Positions 1-9,611 of a stretch of 64,000 nt of DNA are shown here, one piece after another. The stretch comes from Burkholderiales bacterium (GTDB lineage Bacteria > Pseudomonadota > Gammaproteobacteria > Burkholderiales > Eutrophovitaceae). Positions within the stretch are counted from its first letter, which is position 1. Every line of letters starts with the position of its first letter. The position numbers and the translations under genes are program-made. The notes under the pieces were generated by a model. That model ran no database searches, had not been told where the DNA came from, and was given only the letters and a program-made list of their open reading frames with translations. The stretch is taken from assembly GCA_030834275.1 (NCBI GenBank), contig JAURFP010000002.1, positions 1,036 to 65,035 of the forward strand, written 5' to 3'.

Positions 1-512
1 ATCAACCCAAGCATCTGTCCCTCAGCTGCTGCTTTAATAATATTCGGTGGCACCATACGAATAAAAATTTCCGCGACATCTCCAGCACCTTTTGTTTCAA
101 TCGATGCACCAATTGCTGGGCCATCATCATCGTCTATGGCAAGCAGTTCCCCGACTGGACGGCCATCGAACGTTCCAGGAGAGACTAAATTGATAAGTGC
201 GAGACCAATGAGGATTGCCAATAACGTCGTGGTTGCGTAAAAAACTAACGTTCGAATCCCAATCGCGCCAAGATTTCCCGACGAACCGATTCCTTGCATA
301 CCTACTACAATTGAAGAAGCGATCAACGGAACGATGATCATCTTTAAGGCATTTAAAAAAAGTGTTCCGATGTATTCAAAAATAGAAAGATAAGTAACAC
401 CAAAGATTGCGGCCTCGTTACCCCCAAATGAAAATTGTTTGACGACAGAACCTGCAACCGCTGCAAGTGCGATTGCTATGAGAATCTGCCAATGCAAAGG
501 TAACTTCCGCAT
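1..512 (-). CDS. Dicarboxylate/amino acid:cation symporter (DAACS, GltP/DctA-like); 5' part only, gene runs off the left edge
   Basis: Not in the ORF track because there is no stop in the window. My translation of the minus strand from ATG at 510-512 gives MRKLPLHWQILIAIALAAVAGSVVKQFSFGGNEAAIFGVTYLSIFEYIGTLFLNALKMIIVPLIASSIVVG... The LKMIIVPLxxSS segment is typical of DAACS carriers. GGAG lies 6 nt upstream of the ATG. Confidence 0.75.
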   Translation of the reverse strand, partial: MRKLPLHWQILIAIALAAVAGSVVKQFSFGGNEAAIFGVTYLSIFEYIGTLFLNALKMIIVPLIASSIVVGMQGIGSSGNLGAIGIRTLVFYATTTLLAILIGLALINLVSPGTFDGRPVGELLAIDDDDGPAIGASIETKGAGDVAEIFIRMVPPNIIKAAAEGQMLGL

Positions 513-586
513 ACTTTTCTCCGATCTAATCAATCTTACGTAACCTTAACCCGAGTTTCAGGATTCACAAAATACGGGGCCTCTAC

Positions 587-1483
587 TTAATCATCGATCG
601 ACTTTAAGAAATCCTCTATGAGCGTTCCCTCAGCTCGGATTACATGCTCGGTCGCTGGGAATGTTCCGCTCTGAACATCGCGGATGAAATCCTTAAACCC
701 CCCAACCCGTTCTTTGTGGAGCTGCTCTTTTAATTCGTAAATTTTCCGGTATTGCTTTGAGTGTCTTGGATAGGGCGGTCGATTATTTCCCAGAATGTCC
801 TCTGCAAACAAAAACTGGATGTCTCCTCCTTTTCCGCCCCCAATCGAAGAAGTAAGCAGCGTCGTTCGCTTACTGATTTCTATCAAAAGCTCCTCTGGTA
901 TCACCTCTACTTCTACCGCATACGCTCCGGCATCTTCTAAAATTTTGATTTCTTCATATACCCATCGCGCTTCTTCGAGCGTTTTACCCACCGCTCGTAG
1001 TCCCCCGGTCCAAGTGCTTTTTCTCGGCACCAAACCCGCATGGCCTTGCACGGGCACTCCTGCCTCTGCAGCCACACTTATAAAACGTGGGGACCACTGA
1101 CACATGATTGCATCTGCACCAAGCTCCATTGCGGTGTAAGCCAAACGAACCGCTTCGGTTTCACTGGCCGCAGCCACGAGAGGAACAGAGAAAGCCATGA
1201 AGGTCTTCGGTGCGGCATCGCGAATTGCTTTTGCCAAATGCGGCTGCTTTGGATCGAAACGAACTTTCATCGTATCAATTCCTGCTTCCTCGGCGGCCGC
1301 AGCCTCTTCTGGGGAGAATGGGAGCGTTTCACATAACACTCGCTTACCCTTCGCGTCTCTTAAATCTTTCACCGTGTAATTCCGAACGCCGTAAGCGCCC
1401 CCCAAGGTCATAATGCGTTTCAATCCTTCTTTGGTTGCCTCCCGCGAAGGAATTCCGCCATCTCCAGTTGCATGACTTGCCAT
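587..1483 (-). CDS. Divergent PanB-like protein (3-methyl-2-oxobutanoate hydroxymethyltransferase family, ICL/PEPM superfamily)
   Basis: 298-aa ORF. By-eye similarity to PanB: VPVQGHAGLVPRKSTWTGG (PanB has GHLGLTPQS..GG), LEDAGAYAVEVEVIPEEL, SSIGGGKGGDIQFLFAEDILG, SGTFPATEHV. AGGAG SD upstream on the minus strand. Confidence 0.6.
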   Translation of the reverse strand: MASHATGDGGIPSREATKEGLKRIMTLGGAYGVRNYTVKDLRDAKGKRVLCETLPFSPEEAAAAEEAGIDTMKVRFDPKQPHLAKAIRDAAPKTFMAFSVPLVAAASETEAVRLAYTAMELGADAIMCQWSPRFISVAAEAGVPVQGHAGLVPRKSTWTGGLRAVGKTLEEARWVYEEIKILEDAGAYAVEVEVIPEELLIEISKRTTLLTSSIGGGKGGDIQFLFAEDILGNNRPPYPRHSKQYRKIYELKEQLHKERVGGFKDFIRDVQSGTFPATEHVIRAEGTLIEDFLKSIDD

Positions 1484-1494
1484 CGATATTTCTC

Positions 1495-1923
1495 CTATCC
1501 GTCTTTTTTAATTACAAAAGGGGCACGCCCCTTAGATTCCCGTAAACGATTTATCGGTACGAGAATCGTCGGTGTCTGTAGCAGTTTAGCAATGAGTCTT
1601 TTTTTACCAGGCAGATTCGTGAGGACCAGCCCAATTAATATAGCGAGTAACCCCGGGCCCGGTAAAAACAACATCAAAATCCCAAGCACCAAAAGGAGTA
1701 CCCCAACAATATTTTTTAGCGCAAAGACGAGAAGTTGTTTAATCGATCTTCGGGTAACTAGACTAGCGCTGTCATTTACCAAAAAATAATCTACGGGCAG
1801 ACGAACCAACACCCAGGGCATCATGAGCAAGCTAGCAATAAAAGCAATGAAAGAAATCGTCGCTACCCAAACGACGATTTCCTGATTGTTCGCTAGCCAA
1901 TTCATGATTAGATCCAACTTCAT
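1495..1923 (-). CDS. Small membrane protein with PGPGW-type motif
   Basis: 142-aa ORF with several hydrophobic helices. The LFLPGPGLLAILIG motif is characteristic of the PGPGW transmembrane family. It ends 11 nt upstream of the next gene. Confidence 0.6.
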   Translation of the reverse strand: MKLDLIMNWLANNQEIVVWVATISFIAFIASLLMMPWVLVRLPVDYFLVNDSASLVTRRSIKQLLVFALKNIVGVLLLVLGILMLFLPGPGLLAILIGLVLTNLPGKKRLIAKLLQTPTILVPINRLRESKGRAPFVIKKDG

Positions 1924-1967
1924 AACAACTCTGCCAGTAAAAAACGTACGTTATTTTCTGCTAACAC

Positions 1968-3173
1968 TTAATAGATAAGAAAGGGGTCTCTTTCAGCTTT
2001 CCACTCCATCTCATCGATTGCCACTTGCTCGTACAAGTCTGCTAAAGACGATTCTCCATCATCAACCCAATCGCGTAGCAATGGGCTACCGTTAATTAGG
2101 TCAATCGCTAATCGGTCATGCTCGTACTCATAGGCAAACGAGCGCCACAAATCAAATGAAGGAGATAACGTTTTTATCGCTTTAAAGGCTACCGCCATTA
2201 AGCGCCAGGGATTGAAATGGTCAGGGTTATAGAACGCGTCATTATCGACATGAATTTGGATCCCTTCGCAGAGTTCACCCGCGTGTTTATTAAATGTCGG
2301 TTCAAACCAGCATTGACGCAAATGACAACCCGCCGAGATGTTGGGATCAATTGCCAACATTTTTTCAACAAGTTTTTTTGCCTCTATTCCTGGGGCGCCA
2401 AATAATTCCAAGGGTCGCGTAGTCCCCCTGCCCTCCGATAAGGTAGTTCCCTCAAGCATGACGGTTCCGGGGTAACACCGCGCCATTGATAAATTCGGCG
2501 CATTCGGACTCGGGTTTATCCAAGCGCGCTCAAGCGATGGCCACCCAAACCCTGGAGCCGCTTGCGGATCCCAATCACGCATTTCGATAATTTTTAAATC
2601 AACGTCAATCTTATTTTTATCTACAAACCAACGCGCCAACTCTCCCATGGTCATTCCGTGACGCATCGGTATTGGACCGGCGCCTACAAAACTTTCCCAA
2701 CCCGATCGCAATTTATATCCCTCTATCCGTCTCCCAATTGGATTGGGGCGATCTAAAACCCAAACGCTTTTTTGCTGTGCGGATGCAGCCTCAAGGACAT
2801 AGAGAAGTGTTGTAATAAACGTGTAAATTCGGCAACCCAAATCTTGCAGATCAACAAGAATGACATCGAAGTCTTGAAACATCTCATCAGTAGGACGTCG
2901 CACCTCCCCGTATAAACTATGGATCGGTATTTGATGGGTCGGATCCACAAAATTGTCGGACTCCACCATATTGTCTTGTTTGTCGCCACGCAATCCATGC
3001 TGGGGGCCAAACGCCGAGACGAGCGAAATCCCAGGAATATTAGCTAAGACATCAATGGAGTGGGCGAGTCTTGCGTTAACCGACGCGGGGTGTGCCAAAA
3101 GCGAAACCCTTTTACCTCTGAGAGCTTTTTGAAGCTCGACTTCCTCCTCTAATCTTTCAATTCCAAATTTCAA
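1968..3173 (-). CDS. DUF1343 family protein (NamZ-like exo-beta-N-acetylmuramidase family)
   Basis: 401-aa ORF. N-terminal KRVSLLAHPASV and AFGPQHGLRGD motifs resemble DUF1343/NamZ proteins. No signal peptide is visible. Confidence 0.6.
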   Translation of the reverse strand: MKFGIERLEEEVELQKALRGKRVSLLAHPASVNARLAHSIDVLANIPGISLVSAFGPQHGLRGDKQDNMVESDNFVDPTHQIPIHSLYGEVRRPTDEMFQDFDVILVDLQDLGCRIYTFITTLLYVLEAASAQQKSVWVLDRPNPIGRRIEGYKLRSGWESFVGAGPIPMRHGMTMGELARWFVDKNKIDVDLKIIEMRDWDPQAAPGFGWPSLERAWINPSPNAPNLSMARCYPGTVMLEGTTLSEGRGTTRPLELFGAPGIEAKKLVEKMLAIDPNISAGCHLRQCWFEPTFNKHAGELCEGIQIHVDNDAFYNPDHFNPWRLMAVAFKAIKTLSPSFDLWRSFAYEYEHDRLAIDLINGSPLLRDWVDDGESSLADLYEQVAIDEMEWKAERDPFLIY

Positions 3174-3174
3174 C

Positions 3175-3756
3175 TCAGCTCCCCGGTGCTTGCTCTTTAA
3201 AAAAATCTACGTAACTCGTAAATCCGTCTCTATGATGGAAATCAGGATTTCCCCTGGGGAATCGTAACCCGTAATAGCAAAAATTCCCATCTCGTTTTTG
3301 AATCACCGCGGTCGGGGAAAAGCTTAGTGACTCCACCGGTCCAAGTACATCTATTACGGGATGAAAGTCGAGATGAGTACTCACGCTTAATTGCTCAGTA
3401 GATTGCATCGCAGTCGATACATGTAGTGATATTCCATTAAGGACAGACATGCCCGCACGGTAATTTGAAAAACAATATGCGGCCCAACTCTCTGATGGAG
3501 ATAGATTGAGCTCGATATATTTGCCGTCTCTTGCCAAAATAAAAAACTCGAAGCAAGTCTCCTTCCAAAGCCCATCTCTACGCATCGCCGCACCAGTGGG
3601 CGGATAGAGAACTTGAGTCGTCTCACTTTGCACCGTAAAAGTTATTCCTAGTTGAATGTCCCTCTTCCAAACTCCTTCAAAAACAATATCGATATTCTCT
3701 GTCTGAGAGTTGCCCGGGTGCGGTAGTAGTTTGTACGATACACTCATGAGAGCCAT
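3175..3756 (-). CDS. Hypothetical protein, possibly DOMON/CBM9-like fold
   Basis: 193-aa ORF whose stop lies 1 nt from the start of the DUF1343 gene. The LWKETCFEFFI...YIELNLSPSESWAAYCF pattern is reminiscent of DOMON-like/CBM9-like domains. No signal peptide. Confidence 0.45.
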   Translation of the reverse strand: MALMSVSYKLLPHPGNSQTENIDIVFEGVWKRDIQLGITFTVQSETTQVLYPPTGAAMRRDGLWKETCFEFFILARDGKYIELNLSPSESWAAYCFSNYRAGMSVLNGISLHVSTAMQSTEQLSVSTHLDFHPVIDVLGPVESLSFSPTAVIQKRDGNFCYYGLRFPRGNPDFHHRDGFTSYVDFFKEQAPGS

Positions 3757-3786
3757 TACGAATAAAACACTTTGGTATCAGAGTAC

Positions 3787-4464
3787 ATGAAAAGACCGCC
3801 TCCGAAAAAATCCCTCGTCAAGAGAGAAATGTTGGAAAGCGATGGCGTTCGTAAGGCAATTGAGGCTGCAGGAGAAAACATCAAACTCTTGAGCCGGGAA
3901 GAACTTTCTCAATCACTACACAGGACGATCGAACAGGCGCCAAACAAAAAATCAATTTGGGTTTTCGGGTATGGGTCATTAATTTGGAATCCAATGTTGA
4001 ATTTCACAAAAAAAGCTTTGGTTACGATTCATGGATATCACCGCGGTTTTTACTTGTGGTCACGAATCAATCGGGGGAACCCCGAAGTTCCTGGTCTAGT
4101 GCTCGCGCTGGATCGTGGAGGATCGTGCCGAGGCATGGCATATAAACTTCCAACAAAAACATTCCGAGAGGAACTTGAGATCCTTTGGAGACGCGAGATG
4201 CTTGGTCGCGCCTATTCGCCTCGATGGGTCAACATCCAAATCGATGGGGTATCGCAACATGCTCTCACGTTTGTGATCGATAGAGCTTCTGAGGCTTACA
4301 CGGGAAAGCTTAAGGATAAAGCGATTATCAAAATTATAAAAACCGCAAAAGGACACTACGGCTCCAGCCTAGATTATTTGTACCAAACTGCGGAGAGCTT
4401 TCGTGAAAATAATATTACTGATCGAAAAATCTTTAAGCTCGAAGCACAATTGAAAAAATCTTAG
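3787..4464 (+). CDS. chaC: ChaC-family gamma-glutamylcyclotransferase
   Basis: WVFGYGSLIWNP motif near the N-terminus is typical of ChaC. The track starts at TTG 3772. I prefer the in-frame ATG at 3787, but the start is uncertain. Confidence 0.7.
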   Translation: MKRPPPKKSLVKREMLESDGVRKAIEAAGENIKLLSREELSQSLHRTIEQAPNKKSIWVFGYGSLIWNPMLNFTKKALVTIHGYHRGFYLWSRINRGNPEVPGLVLALDRGGSCRGMAYKLPTKTFREELEILWRREMLGRAYSPRWVNIQIDGVSQHALTFVIDRASEAYTGKLKDKAIIKIIKTAKGHYGSSLDYLYQTAESFRENNITDRKIFKLEAQLKKS

Positions 4465-4482
4465 CACATCGAAAGTCGGGCT

Positions 4483-5724
4483 CTATGCTGCGAGACGATT
4501 CGAGCGTGCACGAAGCATTAACCAGCCGATGATTAAAATCGTCACAAGATTCCATGAAACCCCATTCACGAATGCCGCGACATATGATCCAGTAATGTCA
4601 AAGATATAACCCGACAACCATCCACCCATTGCCATTCCAATTAGCGAGGAAAACATCACCAAGCCCACACGTAAACCCGCTTGTGCTTCTGGGAAATACT
4701 CCCTTACAACCAGTGCGTACGCGGGGACGATACCGCCTTGGAATAGACCAAACAAAATTGAAATTACATATAGCGAAGTGATTTGATCACTTAACAAAAA
4801 TAAGGATAGTGCGAACGCCTGTAAAACATTTCCGATAATCAGCGTTTTTAATCCACCCCACCGATCGGACAGCCACCCAAATGTCATTCGGCTCGCCACA
4901 CCACAAGCGAGCAGTATTGAAAGCAACTCAGCACCCTTCGCCGGGCCGTAACCAAGATCACTACAAAACGCGACCATATGAACTTGCGGCATAGCCATTG
5001 CGATACAACACCCAAAGGCTGCGAAAATAAGTAATCCCTGAAAAAGATTGCGATTACAGTCAATGGTCTTCAGCCGCATAGGAACCACTCCGTCAGTTCC
5101 GACTTCGGTCGGCTTCGGTTTGGCTCGGAGCGCAGTAGCCAAAGGAACCATCAGTAAGACTACCAACACCCCGATGATTGTGTGACTCGTTCTCCATCCG
5201 TAATCAACAACTAATCGATCCAGCACCAGCGGCCAAAATGCGCCGGCCAAATACTGCCCACTGGCGATAATCCCTACAGCGGCACCACGCCGTACTACGA
5301 ACCACTTTGAGACGTGAGCTATCACTGGTGCAAAAGTCGTCGACGTGCCAAGTCCAATGAGTAAAGCATGAATGAGACTTAGGACATAGATATTGCGAGA
5401 TAACGCTGCTAATACATAGCCGATACTCACTAAGACAATTCCGACAATGACCGCCTTGTAAATTCCCCGCTTATCTGAAAATGCACCAAATAGAATTCCT
5501 CCTAAACCGTAACCGATCATCGTTAGGGTGTAGGGCAAAGAAGCATCTGCACGACTAATACCAAAGTCCGCCTGGAATGTTGGCAAGAACACGACAACCG
5601 ACCACATCCCGACCCCAGCGACGATGCAAAAAACGAGAACAATAAAAAGTCGAATCCAGGCGGATCGAGAGTCGGGCTCAATGTATTGTGTAGAAAAAAT
5701 ATTACCCCCTAATGTGTCACTCAT
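4483..5724 (-). CDS. MFS transporter
   Basis: About 12 predicted hydrophobic helices and a 6+6 organisation with a central loop (LRAKPKPTEVGTDG). The track start is TTG at 5757. The in-frame ATG at 5724 (MSDTLGGN...) is preferred, with low certainty on the start. Confidence 0.7.
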   Translation of the reverse strand: MSDTLGGNIFSTQYIEPDSRSAWIRLFIVLVFCIVAGVGMWSVVVFLPTFQADFGISRADASLPYTLTMIGYGLGGILFGAFSDKRGIYKAVIVGIVLVSIGYVLAALSRNIYVLSLIHALLIGLGTSTTFAPVIAHVSKWFVVRRGAAVGIIASGQYLAGAFWPLVLDRLVVDYGWRTSHTIIGVLVVLLMVPLATALRAKPKPTEVGTDGVVPMRLKTIDCNRNLFQGLLIFAAFGCCIAMAMPQVHMVAFCSDLGYGPAKGAELLSILLACGVASRMTFGWLSDRWGGLKTLIIGNVLQAFALSLFLLSDQITSLYVISILFGLFQGGIVPAYALVVREYFPEAQAGLRVGLVMFSSLIGMAMGGWLSGYIFDITGSYVAAFVNGVSWNLVTILIIGWLMLRARSNRLAA

Positions 5725-5839
5725 CACATTTGATCGATTCAATATCAAAGCAAACAAGGTACAGGAGATTAGCCTATTCTTGCCCTTCTTTTTACGTTAG
5801 AGTAAGGCCCAAATTAAAAAAATATTGTTGGAGGAAATT

Positions 5840-7807
5840 TTGGGAGCGATTGACATCCCAGCAGCAAGGGAGGGCACGCTGCCGTCGATTCTCGTTGATA
5901 ACGCACGTCAACGTGGAGAAAAAACGGCAATTCGTGAGAAAGCACTCGGTATTTGGCAAAGCTGGACCTGGTCAGAAGCAGCTAAAGAGGTGGAGTGGCT
6001 AGCCTGTGGCCTTGCAGAGAAGGGACTTACCCGAGGTAAAAACTTAGCAATCATCGGCCAGAATCGGCCGCGCCTTTATTGGGCATTTGCTGCATCGCAA
6101 TCTCTCGGTGCCGTACCAGTTCCCTTGTATCAGGATTCCATAGCGAATGAGATGGAGTATGTATTAAATGATGCAGATATCGAGTTTGCAATCGTAGAAG
6201 ATCAAGAACAAGTCGATAAGTTATTAGAAATACTTCCGCGATGCAGCAAACTCAAGCATATCGTTTATTGTGATCCCAGAGGACTGCGGCATTACGAAAA
6301 CAAAGAACTGATTAACTACACGGATCTCAGCGACCTTGGGCAGCAGCGAGCAAAAAATAGCCCTGATTTTTTCAAAAGTGAACTCGATCAATGTCGCCCC
6401 GATGACGTATCGGTAATTCTCTACACCTCGGGAACAACCAGTAAACCCAAAGGGGTTTGCCTGACTCACCGAGCGTTCGTGGATGTGGCGAATGGGGATA
6501 TCGGGTTTGACGGCTTTAATGACCGCGGGGAAATTCTCTCCTACCTGCCAATGGCCTGGGTGGGTGATCACCTGTTTTCATATGCTCAGTCACTCGTCGC
6601 GGGCTTTACGGTGAACTGCCCGGAGTCCTCTGACACGGTGATGATTGACCTTCGGGAAATCGGTCCGACCTATTACTTCGCGCCACCGAGCGTATTTGAA
6701 AACCTGTTGACCCAAGTGACCATTCGTATGGAAGACGCTGGGAAAATAAAACAGTGGCTCTACAAAACATTTATGGGAGTTGCTAATAAGCATGGCCCCA
6801 AAATTATGGACGGCGAATCAGTAGGGTTAATCGGTCGCCTCGCGTACTTGTTGGGTAACGCTTTTGTTTACGGGCCACTACGCAATAATCTTGGTATGAA
6901 CCGTATTAAAGTTGCTTACACCGGTGGGGCAGCAATTGGTCCAGATCTATATCGCTTTTACCGATCGATTGGCATCAACCTCAAACAACTGTATGGCCAA
7001 ACCGAAACGGTTGCATACGTCTGCAAGCAGCCGAACGGGCAAGCAAAGATCGATTCGGTTGGCGTACCCATGCCAGGAGTAGAAATTAAAATAGCCGATA
7101 AGGGGGAAATATTAGTTAAGAGCCCCGGCTTATTGAAGGAATACTATAAAAACGCAGAAGCAACACAAGAGGCGCTGACCTCTGACGGCTACTTCCGCAC
7201 TGGGGATGCTGGATTTTTTGATGATGATGGGCACCTCAAAATCATTGACCGAGCAAAAGATGTTGGCGCGCTCAACGACAACACGATCTTCGCGCCTCAA
7301 TTTTTAGAGAACAAACTAAAATTTTTCCCATTCATCAAAGAGGCGGTCTGCTTCGGCGACGGGAAAGACTCGGTGTGCGCTTTCGTTAACATTGAAATGG
7401 ATGCCGTTGGAAACTGGGCCGAACGTAACGGCTTGGGCTATAGCGGTTACGTGGACCTCGCTGGTAAGGAGGAAGTTTACGATCTGATTGGTGAATGTGT
7501 AGCGAAAGTGAATGCGGATTTAGCAAAAGAAGAAAGTCTCGCCGGCTCTGCGATCAAAAGATTCTTGATTTTGCATAAGGAGTTGGACGCCGATGACGAT
7601 GAACTCACGCGCACTCGGAAAGTTCGCAGGGGATTTATCTCAGAAAAATATGGTGTGCTGGTTGACGCGCTCTATGACGGATCAGACTCGTGCTACATAG
7701 AGACGCAGGTTAAATTTGAAGATGGTCGCAGTGGTGCGATCTCGGCAACGCTAAAAATTAGAAATATGGATAACGCAACAGCAAACCAAAGCCAGGGAGT
7801 GCAGTAA
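5840..7807 (+). CDS. AMP-dependent acyl-CoA synthetase/ligase (FadD-like, long form)
   Basis: Adenylate-forming motifs ILYTSGTTSKPKGV, YGQTE, GYFRTGDAG and IIDRAKD. Only TTG starts are available (5825, 5828, 5840). TTG 5840 lies 5 nt after GGAGG at 5830-5834. Confidence 0.8.
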   Translation: MGAIDIPAAREGTLPSILVDNARQRGEKTAIREKALGIWQSWTWSEAAKEVEWLACGLAEKGLTRGKNLAIIGQNRPRLYWAFAASQSLGAVPVPLYQDSIANEMEYVLNDADIEFAIVEDQEQVDKLLEILPRCSKLKHIVYCDPRGLRHYENKELINYTDLSDLGQQRAKNSPDFFKSELDQCRPDDVSVILYTSGTTSKPKGVCLTHRAFVDVANGDIGFDGFNDRGEILSYLPMAWVGDHLFSYAQSLVAGFTVNCPESSDTVMIDLREIGPTYYFAPPSVFENLLTQVTIRMEDAGKIKQWLYKTFMGVANKHGPKIMDGESVGLIGRLAYLLGNAFVYGPLRNNLGMNRIKVAYTGGAAIGPDLYRFYRSIGINLKQLYGQTETVAYVCKQPNGQAKIDSVGVPMPGVEIKIADKGEILVKSPGLLKEYYKNAEATQEALTSDGYFRTGDAGFFDDDGHLKIIDRAKDVGALNDNTIFAPQFLENKLKFFPFIKEAVCFGDGKDSVCAFVNIEMDAVGNWAERNGLGYSGYVDLAGKEEVYDLIGECVAKVNADLAKEESLAGSAIKRFLILHKELDADDDELTRTRKVRRGFISEKYGVLVDALYDGSDSCYIETQVKFEDGRSGAISATLKIRNMDNATANQSQGVQ

Positions 7808-8595
7808 TGGCTGGCGATCGAAGAATAGGCGAGACGATCCTCCGCTTGGATGACATCTGTTTATCGTTTGGCGGAGTAAACGCGCTATCCAATATCAGTA
7901 TCGATGTGAAAGAGCATGAAATCCTAGCAATCATCGGACCGAATGGGGCAGGAAAAAGCTCGTTATTAAACGTGATTAATGGTGTTTATCATCCAAGTAG
8001 TGGGTCGGTCACTTATAAAGGACAAACTCGCAATCAAATGCGTCCGCATGATGCTGCCACACAAGGAATAGCAAGAACGTTTCAAAATATCGCTCTCTTC
8101 AAAGGTATGTCTGTTCTGAACAACATCATGACGGGCAGAACTCTAAAAATGAAGGCAGGATTCTTTTGGCAATGTCTGCATTTGGGCAAAGCAAGAAATG
8201 AAGAAATCGAGCATCGAAAAAAGGTCGAAGAGATTATCGACTTTTTACAAATTCAGTCCATTCGGAAAACGCCTGTCGGACGCCTTCCCTATGGATTACA
8301 AAAACGCGTAGAACTCGGTCGCGCATTAGCCGCGGAGCCAGAGATCCTTCTGCTTGACGAGCCGATGGCAGGAATGAATATCGAAGAAAAAGAAGACATG
8401 AGCCGGTTCATATTAGATGTGAACGATGAATTCGGGACAACGATCGTGCTCATTGAACACGACATGGGCGTTGTCATGGATTTGTCGGATCGCGTTGTGG
8501 TGCTGGATTATGGAAAAAAAATTGGTGATGGCACTCCTGATGAGGTCAGAAACAATCAGGAAGTAATTGATGCGTACCTTGGGGTTGCGCACTAG
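7807..8595 (+). CDS. ABC transporter ATP-binding protein (LivG-like)
   Basis: Walker A GPNGAGKSS, signature region YGLQKRVELGRAL, Walker B LLLDEPMAG. The start overlaps the upstream stop (TAATG). Confidence 0.85.
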   Translation: MAGDRRIGETILRLDDICLSFGGVNALSNISIDVKEHEILAIIGPNGAGKSSLLNVINGVYHPSSGSVTYKGQTRNQMRPHDAATQGIARTFQNIALFKGMSVLNNIMTGRTLKMKAGFFWQCLHLGKARNEEIEHRKKVEEIIDFLQIQSIRKTPVGRLPYGLQKRVELGRALAAEPEILLLDEPMAGMNIEEKEDMSRFILDVNDEFGTTIVLIEHDMGVVMDLSDRVVVLDYGKKIGDGTPDEVRNNQEVIDAYLGVAH

Positions 8596-8664
8596 AACAA
8601 CATACATAATGGAGGAATTGCGAAACTAATTCGGATACTTTTAAATTAGTTAGCAAAAAGACAA

Positions 8665-9576
8665 ATGGGATTTTTTGTTGAAGTTTTAATTGGCGGATTA
8701 ATGGCTGGGGTGCTCTACTCGTTAGTAGCCCTTGGATTTGTGCTGATCTTTAAAGCCTCGGGTGTTTTCAACTTCGCGCAAGGCGCGATGGTTTTATTTG
8801 CAGCCCTCACCTTCGTGCGACTCATCGATATTTTGAAAGATACCTTTGCACCAATAATGCTGTCGCTTCTCATTACGATCGCACTGATGGTTGTACTGGC
8901 GATGGCAGTAGAAAGATTGGTATTACGCCCGATGGTGAATCAACCTGGTATTTCGCTTTTCATGGCAACCCTTGGGATCGCTTACTTCCTCGACGGATTT
9001 GGCCAGACGCTCTGGGGTAGCGATATTTACACGCTCGACATCGGCATTCCGAAAGAGCCACTTATGTTGCTAGAGACGGTGTTTGAGGGTGGAGTACTTG
9101 TAGCGAGCGAAGACTTAATCGCAACAGTCGTAGCAGGACTTCTCGTTGTCGTTTTGGCGATCTTTTTCCAAAGAACACGAGTGGGTCGAGCGCTAAGAGC
9201 AGTGGCCGACGATCACCAAGCCGCACAATCAATTGGAATTCCACTTAATTACATTTGGGTCGTCGTTTGGACGGTAGCTGGACTTGTTGCTTTGGTCGCT
9301 GGAATTATTTGGGGATCCAAACTTGGCGTGCAATTTTCACTCTCTTTAATCGCACTCAAAGCTCTACCCGTATTAATTCTTGGCGGCTTTGAATCGGTAT
9401 TGGGTGCAATTATTGGAGGACTCATCATTGGCGCTGGTGAGAAACTCTCAGAAATTTATCTTGGACCATATGTTGGTGGCGGAATTGAATATTGGTTTGC
9501 ATACATGCTCGCACTTTTCTTCCTATTGTTTAGACCTCAAGGTTTGTTTGGTGAGGTTCATATCGATCGTGTGTGA
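8665..9576 (+). CDS. Branched-chain-type ABC permease (LivH-like)
   Basis: 303-aa polytopic membrane protein. FNFAQGAMVLFAA near the N-terminus is typical of the LivH/HAAT permease family. Confidence 0.8.
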   Translation: MGFFVEVLIGGLMAGVLYSLVALGFVLIFKASGVFNFAQGAMVLFAALTFVRLIDILKDTFAPIMLSLLITIALMVVLAMAVERLVLRPMVNQPGISLFMATLGIAYFLDGFGQTLWGSDIYTLDIGIPKEPLMLLETVFEGGVLVASEDLIATVVAGLLVVVLAIFFQRTRVGRALRAVADDHQAAQSIGIPLNYIWVVVWTVAGLVALVAGIIWGSKLGVQFSLSLIALKALPVLILGGFESVLGAIIGGLIIGAGEKLSEIYLGPYVGGGIEYWFAYMLALFFLLFRPQGLFGEVHIDRV

Positions 9577-9611
9577 TTAAGTCGTAGCTATTTAAGAAAA
9601 GAAAAAGAATT

